Source of the DNA: Azolla caroliniana
Taxonomy: Eukaryota; Plantae; Polypodiophyta
Reading direction: 5' to 3'
Assembly (NCBI GenBank): GCA_043228905.1
Contig: JBHGNT010000012.1
Location: forward strand, 12,648,001 to 12,712,000
Length of the DNA: 64,000 nucleotides
The translations under genes and the position numbers were made by a program. The notes under the pieces were generated by a model, which did not search any database, had not been told where the DNA came from, and worked only from the letters and a program-made list of their open reading frames with translations. Positions within the stretch are counted from its first letter, which is position 1; every line of letters starts with the position of its first letter. Positions 1-11,838 of this stretch are shown here, piece by piece.

Positions 1-234
1 GCCCGCACAACATAGAAACTAGAGAAGATTAAGTAGTCATGAGTGGTGAAGCAAAAAATAAACTGGACGAGTCTGTCTGTCTGTCTGGGGAGAAACGGAG
101 TGAATGTTAAACCGGAATGAGAAGTGAGTCATATTTGGGTTGGGCCATGGTCAAAAGAAAAGAAAGGAGCTTGACTCCCTAAGTCTTGAGTTCTTGGGTA
201 TATTTAAAGTGTGACTTAAATATGTATAGGGTTG

Positions 235-236
<2 letters not shown>

Positions 237-268
<32 letters not shown>
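237..268. repeat. (TAA)n microsatellite
   Basis: Uninterrupted TAA/AAT run read directly from the sequence. Confidence 0.9.
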
Positions 269-708
269 TTCCATCCATCAATCACAATCGTTAAACGAAG
301 GTCTCTATTTAAGGCATTTCATTTTTGTATGGACCAGTCACCAGCTGCTATGCCTACATATACATGCTAACCAAGCCTAGTCTAGCCTAGCCTAACCTAG
401 ACTACCTACCATTTATTAGCCTTCCATTGCGTCAAATGTCTAAATCAACCTATGTTTCCTTTCTCACCTTCTACGGATACGTACGTAGGTACGTATGCCT
501 AGCGACTTATATAGACGCAGTTTTGGGGATTCAGTTTTAAATTAAACATAAATAGGTTTTCCCGGGTCCACACTGAGGCATGCAATTTTATTAAGCTTCC
601 AATAAAAAAGCAACGAGAGAGAATGAGAGAGTCCTTTTCCATCATCATCTTCTTCTTGATGCATTTTGTATGATTCAAATAAAAAATATCAAATAAAATG
701 CATTTTGT

Positions 709-1300
709 ATGCATTTTGTTGTAGCTCCCTTTGTATTGTTGGCTATTTCATTTGTTGAAGTAGGGAGTCACAAGAAGAATAGGTATTCAAACACACAAAT
801 CCAACAAAATCTTTTGAAACATATGAATTTTTTTGTGTTTTGTGGCGTTAGGATAATGTCAACATGCATATGCTTTTTATTCCACAACTTGTAAAACGAG
901 GATCCAAGTGCTAAGGTACGTGTTGTTATTAGGGATATGAGGTTGTTGACATTGGAGGTGATTGCTTCAAGAAATGCAATTCTAGAGCTTGCACACGAGC
1001 AATTTCCCTTCGTTCTTGTATTGTTGTGTTCAACGAACAATATGAGCTTGCATGGGAGAGGCTTTGTGCTCTTCAGTAGTTGGAGTAAGGCAACATAAGA
1101 TCTAAAAGGGTTTTTACATAAATTTTTCAACATGTGGAATTGCCCTCATGTTTCCCTACCTTGGTTAGTGTTATGAGCTTATGCAAGCAAAGGTTCCACA
1201 TTCTATCGAGTGAGAAGGGTTTTATCAAATTGGGAAAAGCGATCACCTCCTCATGCTCAATATGATGCTCAATGTTAATGGACTTTCTGAAAGGTGAGGT
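709..1300 (+). pseudogene. Highly decayed Ty3-like RT/RNase H remnant (tentative)
   Basis: Broken frames giving HFVVAPFVLL and LHGRGFVL...W-like peptides loosely resembling the Ty3 RT-RNase H linker; many stops and frameshifts. Confidence 0.25.
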
Positions 1301-1799
1301 CAATGTACTTTGCCAAGTGTGGCATGTGACATGAAGCTTCAAAAGAAATGAGAAATGACTTTCTTTTGGTCGTGATTTTGTACAAAGTTGAACAATATGA
1401 GCCTATGAAGATGAGCTTCCATACACACATGTTTCCCTATTCGTCCTAACGGGGTATGCTCCATCTTGGGAACAACCAAACCGAACGTCATGACTAGCTC
1501 TACATGCTCTGTATTGCTTATATATAAGTCATGGCAATGCGTTGCTCCCTGTCGAGATAATAGTCAAATTTCTCGATGATACAAAGAGGGAGATACTTCA
1601 TTATCGTCAATGCTCATCCAAAGGAGTAACGAAATGGCAGGGTGTGTGTGTTTGTATTTCTTTTTCGGGGGGGGGGGGGTGTGGGGGTCCAATGTGATGA
1701 TGACTACGACAAGGGAGGGAGGGAGGTTCCACGGAGTGAGTGTGAGTGAACGCAAAAGTGTGAAGTCGAAAGAACACATGGCATGGCAAACAAAAGAGT

Positions 1800-2339
1800 A
1801 TGTATGTGTGTGTGTGTGTGTGTGTATGTTGTGTGTGTGAGAGGAGGAGGAGTAGGTAGTGGGTAGGTTTAGTTGCAGTAGGCTCTCAAGTGTGTGTGAG
1901 TGGAAGATCAAAGTCTCCCAAGCATGCGAGACAGAAAAAGCCTCTGCTAATTAACAATACTACTAGAAAGAGAAGAAAAGAGAGAGAGAGACAGACAGAG
2001 AGAGAGAGACACACACACACACACACAGAGGCAGGGCGAGTGTTATTATTGTATAATCTGTTCCCCGAGAGAGAAGAGAGATGCGTAGTTGCTAACAGAT
2101 CCCCCCCCCCCCCTCTCTTTCTCTCTCTCTCTCTCACAGAGTCTCCATCATATCGAGGGGAGGGAGGGTCTTCCCGTATAGAAAACTGAGACAACAGCAC
2201 AATATACGGATCATAGAAAAAGAGCCCCTTCACAATGTATGTACATATGTATGTATGCACACATAAAGAGAGAGAGAGAGAGAGAGAATTGTGGCTAGAG
2301 GGACAGGCAAATATCGTCTCTAAGTATTTAGGGTTTAGA

Positions 2340-2401
<62 letters not shown>

Positions 2402-3510
2402 TCATATATGGATATACATACAGAGACAGAAATACAAACGAGGGGTAGAACTATAAATAAATACACACACATATGTATATATAGGATTCTAGGAAGAAAG
2501 AGAGTCTATGTCCTCCCTCCTGAATCCGATTCCTCACTCTGTCTACTTCGCCTTCTCGATTCAATATAAAAACAGGGGGTCCAAAAATAAAATAAAATAA
2601 AATGAAATAATCCTCAACGATGATGGTGATGGTGAAGAATTAGAAAGCTGTGTCAGAAATCTCCTCTGTTTTAGAGAGGGAGTTTCTATTTTTCTTTCTG
2701 AAACTTTAAAAAATCTCATGATGATGACTGAAATTCATCCCCTTCCCCCCTCCCCATGAGAAGGAGAAGAAGAAGAAGAAGGAAGAGACATAAATAATAG
2801 GTAGCGTACACAGATTAGATTAGTGTGAGTGTATAATAAGTAGTACATAAAGAGGTAGACACAGATTAAATACAACATAACGTAGCTCTTTATAGAATTA
2901 TCATACAGCACGTATGTATTTATGTAGGTATACACACAGAATACAGAACAGGTACTTCTTGTATACATACATACATATATGAGTAGTTGTAGCTAGCTGC
3001 AAGAACATTTGTTTAGCTTCTTCTTCTTCTTCTTCGTGTATGTATGTATAAGGAGAGGAGAGTGTGTACTTACTAATAATCTGCAAAAGACGTTTAATAC
3101 ATACTTATAGAGTATAAGAATTAGTGTGGAAATGATATAATTAATTAGGTGTACATACAGTACACAAACTTATAGTTTGATGTATGTATGTATGCATTCT
3201 TTCTTTTGGAGAGCAGGGATGGAGAGGAGAACTCAGAAGATGGGAGGGGAGGGGATTGATTAACACGTCCTTCCTCCTTCTTTTCATCTTCCCTCCTCCT
3301 CCTCCTCCTCCTCCTCCTCCTCCTGCACACACACAGAGCCATCACGATTCACTAATACGACTACTGTCTGTCTGTCTGTCTCACACACACACACACACAC
3401 GACTCACTCTCCACTTACTTAATCCAATCTTCTCTATTGAATAACAACAAATAACAAGCACATCCATTCTCTCCAGCCCCTCTCCTCTCTCTCTCTCTCT
3501 CTCTCTGTGT
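1800..3510. repeat. Microsatellite-dense upstream region of the LRR-RLK: (GT)n, (GA)n, (CA)n, (CT)n, (CCT)n, (GAA)n
   Basis: E.g. long (GA)n at ~2345-2395, (CCT)n ~3292-3324, (CA)n ~3382-3400, (CT)n ~3480-3506. GA/CT tracts near promoters are typical of plant genes. Confidence 0.85.
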
Positions 3511-3574
3511 TCTATTTTTTTATATTTTAATACAAAGACTAGTAGTTATTAGCTAAATTAACAGTAATTAAATA

Positions 3575-6500
3575 ATGCATCATACCATGCCTCTTCCACC
3601 GTTGCTACTGTTCCTCCAGGTCCCCTGTTTCTTCTTCTTCTTCATAACCATCGCCACACATTCTTCATCAAATAATCCTGAAGTAAATTCTCTGATCGCG
3701 TTCAAGCAAGGCCTTTCAAATCCTGTGTCGCAGCTTCTGTCTGGTTGGATCCCCACAGACCCGTCGCCATGCCATTGGCCAGGAATAAATTGCAGCGCAG
3801 CAGATGGCTCCTCCGTCTCCTCTGTGTCTCTTCCAAACATGGAGCTCCATGGAAGCCTCCCTCCTCACCTCTTCCTCACGCTTACCAATCTTCGGTCCCT
3901 AGACCTCAGCCTCAATTCCCTGTGGGGGCCCATCCCTTCCCAGATACGAAACTTGGTCCATCTGGAGCAACTCACCCTCCACCACAACCGCTTCTCTGGT
4001 CCCATCCCTTCCCAATTAGGAGACCTGCTTAGTTTGCAAGCTCTCGATTTGAGCTTTAATCGGTTCAATGGGTCCATACCCCCAAGCCTTGGGAATTTGA
4101 ACAGGACGTTGATGTATGTGGCTCTCAACGGGAATCTTCTATCTGGAACCATACCCCTTGAAATAGGCAGCTTGTCAAATTTACAGTACCTGGACCTCAG
4201 TGACAATTCATTATCAGGACGGTTACCGTCGGAGTTAGGAAAACTAACCAACCTCGTGAGCCTCTCCTTAGGCAAGAACTCCTTCATGGGGGGGCTGCCC
4301 AAAGAAATAGGGAAACTGGGCCAGCTCACAAACCTTTACATGGCATCTTGCCATCTCTCTGGTCAGCTCCCTGTTGAAATCGGTGGTCTCCGATCTCTAC
4401 TGAAGATGGATTTCACTCACAACTCCTTGTCTGGCCCTATTCCAGACTCTGTAGGAGACCTCACCAATCTCATGTCATTCATCATGCCATTCAACCTCCT
4501 CAATGGAACCCTACCAACAGGGTTAGGGAAGTGTTCTAACCTTCGAATCATTGAGCTCTCCTACAATAAATTCAGTGGCAAGTTCCCGGATGAGATCTCT
4601 GGTCTGCTTTATATCACTTCCTTGTCGATGGAAGGGAACCGTCTCACTGGCCCAATCCCTAGTTGGATTGGGCAATGGCGGAATTTGAACTCATTGCTTT
4701 TGGCCAACAACTTGTTCACTAACTCTATTCCAAGGGAGTTGGGGAATTGCTCGTCTTTAGTTACTCTGAGCTTAGATGGAAACCTTCTCCATGGATCAAT
4801 ACCACATGAGCTATGCCATGCACCTTCCCTATCCCAACTCTTCTTGAACAAGAATCTATTGAGTGGAACCATGGAGCATACATTCAAGAATTGCTCTTCT
4901 TTGAGCGACATTGAGGTGAATGGGAACGAGATAAGCGGGGGAATCCCAGCGTATTTGGCAGACCTGGATGGCTTGATATCACTCGGCCTCGACGCCAATC
5001 TTTTCTCTGGACCGATACCAGATGCCATTTGGGCATCAAAAAGCCTGATGGAATTCTCAGCACGGAACAACCGCCTCGTCGGCCGTCTATCCCCTCGCAT
5101 CGCAACCTTAACCATACTTAACCAGCTTTGTTTGGATCACAATATGCTCCAAGGAGATATCCCTCCTCAACTTGGTTTACTGATTAACCTAACAACACTT
5201 ACCCTAAGTTTCAATGCCTTTACTGGGTCCATACCTCCTCAACTTGGGGGCTGCTCACAGCTAGCCACTCTAGATTTGGGCCACAACCTGCTCTCCGGAG
5301 GAATTCCTGCTGAGATCGGAAAGTTGAGGAGCCTGGATTGTCTTGACTTGTCGCACAATCGTCTCCATGGATCTATTCCAGCCGAAATTTGCTCCATTTC
5401 TAATGATTTCAGTATGCCAGATTCAATGTTTACCCAACACTTTGGTGTGTTGGATCTCTCCTTCAACGATCTCAATGGAACTATACCCGCACACATTGGG
5501 AAGTGCAAGGTTCTCATTAACCTTCTTTTGCAACACAATCACTTAAGTGGCACTATACCGGATGAGTTATCACACCTTGTCAACCTCATAACATTAGATC
5601 TCTCAAGCAACGAATTGGTTGGAAATATCCCACATCAATTAGGGAGGGGGCTTCATCAACTCCAAGGTCTCAACTTGGCATATAATGAGCTAAGTGGAGA
5701 GATACCCCTAGAGTTAGGGGAGATTCATAGCCTTGTTAAGCTTAATATCAGTCATAATAGGCTATATGGATCTCTTCCTCCCTCTTTAGGAAAGCTCGAT
5801 GGCCTCACACATTTGGATGTAAGCTTCAATGAACTAGGCGGTGAGATCCCTGTTCAGTATGCACAAATGGTATCAATTGTGGGCCTATTTCTCAATCAAA
5901 ACAAGTTGAATGGGAGCATCAATGGCATTTTAATGGAAAGCATAGATTGGCATCAAGTTCAATCCCTTGATCTAAGCAATAATTCTTTCAATGGAGAGAT
6001 TCCAAAGAGTACAGGGAATCTCTCCAGCTTATCGTACCTTGACATACACAACAACCAGTTCTCTGGGCCAATCCCGGATGAGATTTCGACACTCTCCCAA
6101 CTAGAGTACCTTGATTTGTCAGGGAATCTTCTCAATGGAGAGATTCCACCGCAACTATGCGAGATACCGAGCCTCACCTTCTTGAACTTATCGGGCAACA
6201 AACTCGTGGGGAGAGTCCCTAACTTTGGGACATGTGCTAAACTCTTGCCTAGCTCCTACCTAAACAATGCTGACCTATGTGGTGATGAGCCGATGCTTTC
6301 TCATTGTATCATTGGACAACAGCAACGCCATGCAAATGCCCTTGTAAGCCCTGGGGCCGTCCTCGGTATTATCTCAGGTCTACTTATTGCTTGTGTTTGC
6401 ATTATAACAACCTATTTGAGAAGAAAAATGGTCAGTAATAGTAGTAATGCCAGCATAAACAACGTGGATATAGAGAAGAGGAAACTCAATATGCTGGGTA

Positions 6501-7492
6501 TGGACTCAAACGAAAACCGGATGGCGTTTTCCCCCGAGAAAGAGAAAGTGACAAGAGAACCATTGAGCATAAACGTGGCCATTTTCGAGAGGCCATTACT
6601 GAGAAAGTTAACGTTAGCTGACATCCTGAAAGCCACAGACAACTTTAGCAAGGCGAACATCATTGGGGATGGTGGTTTTGGGACAGTGTACAAGGCCACA
6701 CTTCCCGACGGTAAAATGGTTGCGGTGAAGAAGTTGGGTCAGTCAAGAAACCAAGGGCAAAGAGAGTTTTTAGCTGAAATGGAGACACTGGGTAAAATCA
6801 AGCATAGAAACCTGGTTGGGTTGTTGGGTTATTGTTCGTATGGTGATGAAAAGCTGTTGGTTTATGAGTATATGGCGAATGGTTGCTTAGAAAAGTGGCT
6901 TAGAAACCGGGCTGATGCCATAGAGGTGTTGGATTGGAAAAAGAGGCTAAATATAGCTCAGGGCACTGCCAGTGGGCTAGCCTTTTTACACCATAGCCTC
7001 ATCCCTCATGTCATACACAGGGACATGAAATCTAGCAATATCCTGCTGGACGATGATTTCGAAGCCAGGGTCGCCGATTTTGGTTTAGCTCGGCTTATGA
7101 GTGCTTGCGAGACGCATGTGACCACGGGCATCGCTGGTACGTTTGGCTACATTCCGCCTGAGTATGGCCAGTCCTGGAAGTGTAGCCTCAAAGGGGATGT
7201 CTATAGCTATGGTGTCATATTGATGGAGTTGCTGACAGGGCGTGAGCCCATTGGCCCCGAGTTCAAGGACGTGGAAGGTGGGAATTTGGTGGGGTGGGTC
7301 AAACACCTGGTTAAGTTAGGCCGAGCCTCCGACGCGCTCGACTCTGTTGTATCAGACGGGGCATGGAAAAGCGACATGCTGAAGCTCCTACATCTCGCAT
7401 GCCTCTGTACGTCCGAAGACCCGTCCATGCGTCCCACCATGCACATTGTTCTCAAGTTCTTCAAAGAAGTTGTCTGCTCCTCACCACCCTAA
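3575..7492 (+). CDS. EMS1: LRR-X receptor-like kinase, EMS1/EXS (EXCESS MICROSPOROCYTES1) orthologue-like, 1305 aa, single exon
   Basis: Signal peptide; LRRNT (PCHWPGINC); many plant-specific LRRs; island domain PAEICSISNDFSMPDSMFTQHFGVLDLSFN resembling the EMS1 island; TM segment; EMS1/BRI1-type juxtamembrane REPLSINVAIFERPLLRKLTLADILKATDNF; complete kinase (GDGGFG, VAVKK, HRDMKSSN, DFG, GYIPPEY). Confidence 0.92.
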   Translation: MHHTMPLPPLLLFLQVPCFFFFFITIATHSSSNNPEVNSLIAFKQGLSNPVSQLLSGWIPTDPSPCHWPGINCSAADGSSVSSVSLPNMELHGSLPPHLFLTLTNLRSLDLSLNSLWGPIPSQIRNLVHLEQLTLHHNRFSGPIPSQLGDLLSLQALDLSFNRFNGSIPPSLGNLNRTLMYVALNGNLLSGTIPLEIGSLSNLQYLDLSDNSLSGRLPSELGKLTNLVSLSLGKNSFMGGLPKEIGKLGQLTNLYMASCHLSGQLPVEIGGLRSLLKMDFTHNSLSGPIPDSVGDLTNLMSFIMPFNLLNGTLPTGLGKCSNLRIIELSYNKFSGKFPDEISGLLYITSLSMEGNRLTGPIPSWIGQWRNLNSLLLANNLFTNSIPRELGNCSSLVTLSLDGNLLHGSIPHELCHAPSLSQLFLNKNLLSGTMEHTFKNCSSLSDIEVNGNEISGGIPAYLADLDGLISLGLDANLFSGPIPDAIWASKSLMEFSARNNRLVGRLSPRIATLTILNQLCLDHNMLQGDIPPQLGLLINLTTLTLSFNAFTGSIPPQLGGCSQLATLDLGHNLLSGGIPAEIGKLRSLDCLDLSHNRLHGSIPAEICSISNDFSMPDSMFTQHFGVLDLSFNDLNGTIPAHIGKCKVLINLLLQHNHLSGTIPDELSHLVNLITLDLSSNELVGNIPHQLGRGLHQLQGLNLAYNELSGEIPLELGEIHSLVKLNISHNRLYGSLPPSLGKLDGLTHLDVSFNELGGEIPVQYAQMVSIVGLFLNQNKLNGSINGILMESIDWHQVQSLDLSNNSFNGEIPKSTGNLSSLSYLDIHNNQFSGPIPDEISTLSQLEYLDLSGNLLNGEIPPQLCEIPSLTFLNLSGNKLVGRVPNFGTCAKLLPSSYLNNADLCGDEPMLSHCIIGQQQRHANALVSPGAVLGIISGLLIACVCIITTYLRRKMVSNSSNASINNVDIEKRKLNMLGMDSNENRMAFSPEKEKVTREPLSINVAIFERPLLRKLTLADILKATDNFSKANIIGDGGFGTVYKATLPDGKMVAVKKLGQSRNQGQREFLAEMETLGKIKHRNLVGLLGYCSYGDEKLLVYEYMANGCLEKWLRNRADAIEVLDWKKRLNIAQGTASGLAFLHHSLIPHVIHRDMKSSNILLDDDFEARVADFGLARLMSACETHVTTGIAGTFGYIPPEYGQSWKCSLKGDVYSYGVILMELLTGREPIGPEFKDVEGGNLVGWVKHLVKLGRASDALDSVVSDGAWKSDMLKLLHLACLCTSEDPSMRPTMHIVLKFFKEVVCSSPP

Positions 7493-8539
7493 CTGAATGA
7501 AATCCACCACCTCTACCACTACCACTTCCACTTCTGTTTGTTTGTAGTAAGTAACCACACACACACCTGCCATGCCATGCCTTTATTAATAATATACCAA
7601 TGAATGATGAATCCACTGTATATTGTTTTGGGAAAAAGAGCGAGTGAGTTTGTTGTTCCATTTTCATTGTCAGATACTACCTACATTATATTTACATTTA
7701 TATCTTTTGTCTGTCCTTAACGGTGGATGCTAGATAGAATTCCAGTAGTTTAAAACCACATAAGAAAGCGGTTAGAACTTCTTCTTGATTGGAAATGGCA
7801 CACCTTCCTCATCCCTCCTCCCTCCGAAACATGTAAGTAGTGGCAGCAGGTATGAATGACTGACCTCTTGCCTGCCTGCCAATGTACCAGCGATTAGATT
7901 AGACGGACCGAGTGACTGACAGAAAGAGATGGATGGAGCATTTTCATGCTGGGAAGTGGAAGCATTTCATCTCCTTCAGTCACCACGAAGCGTATGCCAA
8001 CAAATACTGTGAAACTCTAAATCTTTCTTTATCTATCCACGTTTAAACGCTAGCTAGCTATATGTACGTACCCTACGAGAATAAATACGGTACTATAGTA
8101 GTCCTTCCCATCTGCCTTTACAGAGTCGTTCGTTGGAAAGTCCCCTTCACATCAGGGCACTGTTGGCCAAAGTCTCAGCCCATACCGGAAATTTTCCTGC
8201 TTCTTATGAACCTAACCAAAATTTCAAAATTTTAACTGGCCATTTTCCTACAAGTGATAATGTCAACCGGAACATGTTGAATTTATTTTTTAGCGCATGC
8301 CGCATAGCAAATCAAGCGATAATGTCAAATGAAACATGTTGAAGAAAATGTTTTTGTGCATAGCAAATCAAATAATTTTTTTTAGTGCAATACAATGTTG
8401 TGGGTCATATTGTACCAATAATATAGAGTATGTAGGACTAATATAATCTATGATTCCATTTAGAATAAGGGGAAACACATTTACACAATCCATGTATTTT
8501 TTTTCTTTTTTCTCAAAAAAAAACTCCTTCCATTAGTTA

Positions 8540-10260
8540 TAAAATTTTACAAATGAGATTATTATGTACAAATCCTTGTAGGGATGCGATAGTTCCATCT
8601 TATGTGGATGCCCACGGACTCAAGAAATGGAGAGGACGACCATTGTTGGATAAATGCTATTCGTTGTCTTTGAACTCCATCGGAGCCGCCCTTGAGGCCA
8701 TCATATTGGCTCTTTAGAGTGGCTACAATTTCACTCCATATCTCTTGCACCTTGTTGGATGCACGGTTTGGTTGGAGAAGACCCGTCTACCCCGTTGTTT
8801 CCATAGAATCCAAAGAGTTATTGGGCTGACCAATTCCAACACAACTTGAGATTTGTCATTAAGAGGAGTTGAGTGGACATTGCCGCTAGTGGAGAAAAAA
8901 ACCTCTTGTGCTTTTATCACCAAAGTCATCCCCTCCTCCTGATGCTCGTATCTGCCAACTGGGGTCTGCCATGATAGCCAACATATACTTCCCACTTGAT
9001 TGAGCCTTGCAACTGGCATAATTGCAACAAGCGGCTAAACCCCCGCCATATTCGATGGGACGCTGGGTAGTCCCACAAAGCGTGTCGTATTCATTCTATT
9101 GCATTTGGGCACTCTACACAATTAGGAGAGCTAAGGTTCCCACGTTGTCATGCTCCCACTAGTAGTGACTTATGTATTAATAGCCATTGGAATGTGGTAA
9201 TTCGCCTCACGTGTTGTTGTTTCCAGATTTTCTGCCAAAACTTGGTGGTAATTGTGTGAGGAACTTGAAATGTGTGCCAGACCTTTGCAGCAGCCGACTC
9301 TCGAGCAGTTTGAGCAGCTAGAATGTGGCGACTCAATCTAGTTGTGAATTAGAAGAAAGGGATGGGTTTTCTTCCTTGCCCCGCGCGTAAGGATCACGCC
9401 ATGTCCATTGCAAAGGGTCCCAACTGACCTTATGTAGCCATGTGTTTTCATGAGTACATATGTGCCAATCGGGTTGTACTTTGATCGGATCAGGATCTAC
9501 AATCCATTTATGACCAGTACACGCGAGTACTCGAATTGCGTTCTTCTGTGTTGGTGTCATAGTGTCTCACAATTCAGAGCCTTCGATCGTGTCTGGTGTT
9601 CCCCTACCTCTCGGGATCAAAGATCCATCCTCCTCGTAGCCTATCCATTTCTCCATTGTTGTCCTTTCAGTAGCAGCTTCCCTAATCAATAGAGCATTAA
9701 TGATTTTCGATCTCATAGTCCATCCGCCCCTGATTCCATGGAGTATGTTGGCTTGATCTTGTAGTGGCAGTGACATAAACTGTCTCCAACATTCTCTACT
9801 TTTTCCTGGACCTTCTGCAGTGTATCCCCATGACAACCCCTTATGTGATCCCAATAGTTGATTAGATTCATCCTTGATACATGGGTTCCATAGGACACGT
9901 TGACTAAGCCAGGCAGGTTCGGAACTCGGTTGATCGCACTTGAGCCCTCATCTAATGTCACACCATACCTTCCACATGGATGCACTAAATCTATCCTCCA
10001 ATTGGCGGGAGAAACTAGGTTTGAGATCCATGTTTAGAATCCATCCCGTTTGGGGGGCCCAATTGACACCTTTTCGTGGCCTAAAGTAAGCGAAACATAA
10101 CCGCAATAGCATTTTCCAATAATCATTTCCTGGTTGGAGTCCTCACACCACAAATTTGGCAAGTTTTTGATTGTGAAAGGGGATCAATAAGACCCAATCC
10201 CCCTCTCAACTTAGGTGTTGTGAGTATAGGCCACGCCACCTTGACGCGAGTTACATGATC
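8540..10260 (-). mobile_element. Decayed L1-type LINE, 3' portion (end of RT plus zf-RVT region)
   Basis: Fragmented minus-strand ORFs with L1 ORF2 C-terminal signatures (FWQKIWK...RITTFQWLLIHKSL; TLWILWKQR.RRVFSN); AT-rich 3' end near 8500-8560; bounded on the right by the copia LTR at 10267. Confidence 0.7.
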
Positions 10261-10842
10261 TTCCTTTGTTGAGAGACAAACTTAACATTGGGTGCGTAAA
10301 TGGGTACGTAATCCAGTACGTAGACTGGGTGCATAAAACCGTACGCAAAGTATGGCCGTGGTGGTGTTTAAACCAAGAGGCCATTAGAACGTTATTCCTC
10401 GTAAGGAATAGTTTTGGGAGTTAGTGTAGAAGGCTCATTTTTGAGTGGTCAAGTACTACAAGTACTTGTGTTAGCCCAATAGTCAGGGTTGTATAAAAGG
10501 TGCTCACTGAGCATGAAATATGTAACAGAGAACATAGAGAATTATTTGAAGATAGTTTGGTGTTTCTGCTCTCTTTGTCTCTCCCTCTCTTTCTCTGTGA
10601 TCTCTACGTTTTACGTAACTATCTTACTACCGAACTGTGTACTCTGTGTTCTTACGCATATGCTTTCGCACACATATTCTTTTACATGGTATCAGAGCGT
10701 GAGGGTTGAGACTCCTTCGCAACCAATAGATAAGCTTGCGATAAGACAGAGTTAAGCTGTTGTTTTCAGAAAGGATAAGACAACAATATGGACAGAGGAA
10801 TGGGAAGCTCGCTACCGACTGAGAAGCTCGACCGGAGCAACT

Positions 10843-11838
10843 TGTTATCCTTTAGGCTGGACAAGCCCTAACACAGGGTGTTCCTAGGGAACACTTCACC
10901 AAAGGGTGGTACGGTGAGATATGGATGGACCGTGGTATCAAATGGGTCTTAACCGGTTACTAACCGACACTGTTAATGATCGTAACACACGCGTAAGATT
11001 AATTATATTAAGCACGGGACGATGACCAATAGACACTAAACAATACTTCAAACAACAACGCTCTTATTAATTATCCGTCCTTGATTACATTCTTTCCGGG
11101 TCCTTTTATAGGTCTCCGTCTAAGTTACAAACCGGTGCCAATCGGCAACCGGCAACGATCCGGTCTGGATCCAAATCGGCATACCGATTCTGGGTTCGTC
11201 CGTCCGCTTCTCAAAATAACATAATACTTATTAATTTCAACTCCCTATTCCTAATTAAATACCCCTTTCACATTCTGGACTCTAACCGGCCCTTTGGCCT
11301 TGTCGACCAACACATGGCACACCCGTGGGACAATACATTGTACGTCGAACCCATATCCCATCATGGTCGCCAAAAACCGTGTTATCCTTTAGGCTGGACA
11401 AGCCCTAACACAGGGAACACTTCACCAAAGGGTGGTATGGTGAGATATGGATGGACCGTGGTATCAAATGGGTCTTAACCGGTTACTAACCGACATTGTT
11501 AATGATCGTAACACACGCATAAGATTAATTATATTAAGCACAGGACGATGACCAATAGGCACTAAACAATACTTAAAATAGCAACGCTTCTATTAATTAT
11601 CCGTCCCTGATTACATTCTTTCCGGGTCCTTTTATAGGTCTCCGTCTAAGTTACAAACCGGTGCCAATCGGCAACCGGCAACGATCCGGTCTGGATCCAA
11701 ATCGGCATACCGATTCTGGGTCTGTCCGTCCGCTTCTCAAAATAACATAATACTTATTAATTTCAACTCCCTATTCCTAATTAAATACCCCTTTCACATT
11801 CTGGACTCTAACCGGCCCATTGGCCTTGCCGGCCAACA
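10843..11838 (-). mobile_element. TRIM (non-coding mini LTR retrotransposon) with two opposed tRNA-Arg PBS-like sites
   Basis: Direct repeats 10843-11312 (470 bp) and 11380-11838 (459 bp; 11-bp indel), TGTT..AACA ends, 5-bp TSD CAACT (10838-10842 / 11839-11843), 67-bp internal region; TATA-like CTATAAAAG on the minus strand. Confidence 0.88.

Noticed and set aside
1564-3444. Short ORFs upstream of EMS1
   Set aside because: Translations of microsatellites (poly-ER, HT, CV, P, G).
3580-7464. Antisense and alternative-frame ORFs over the LRR-RLK
   Set aside because: Shadows of LRR codon periodicity.
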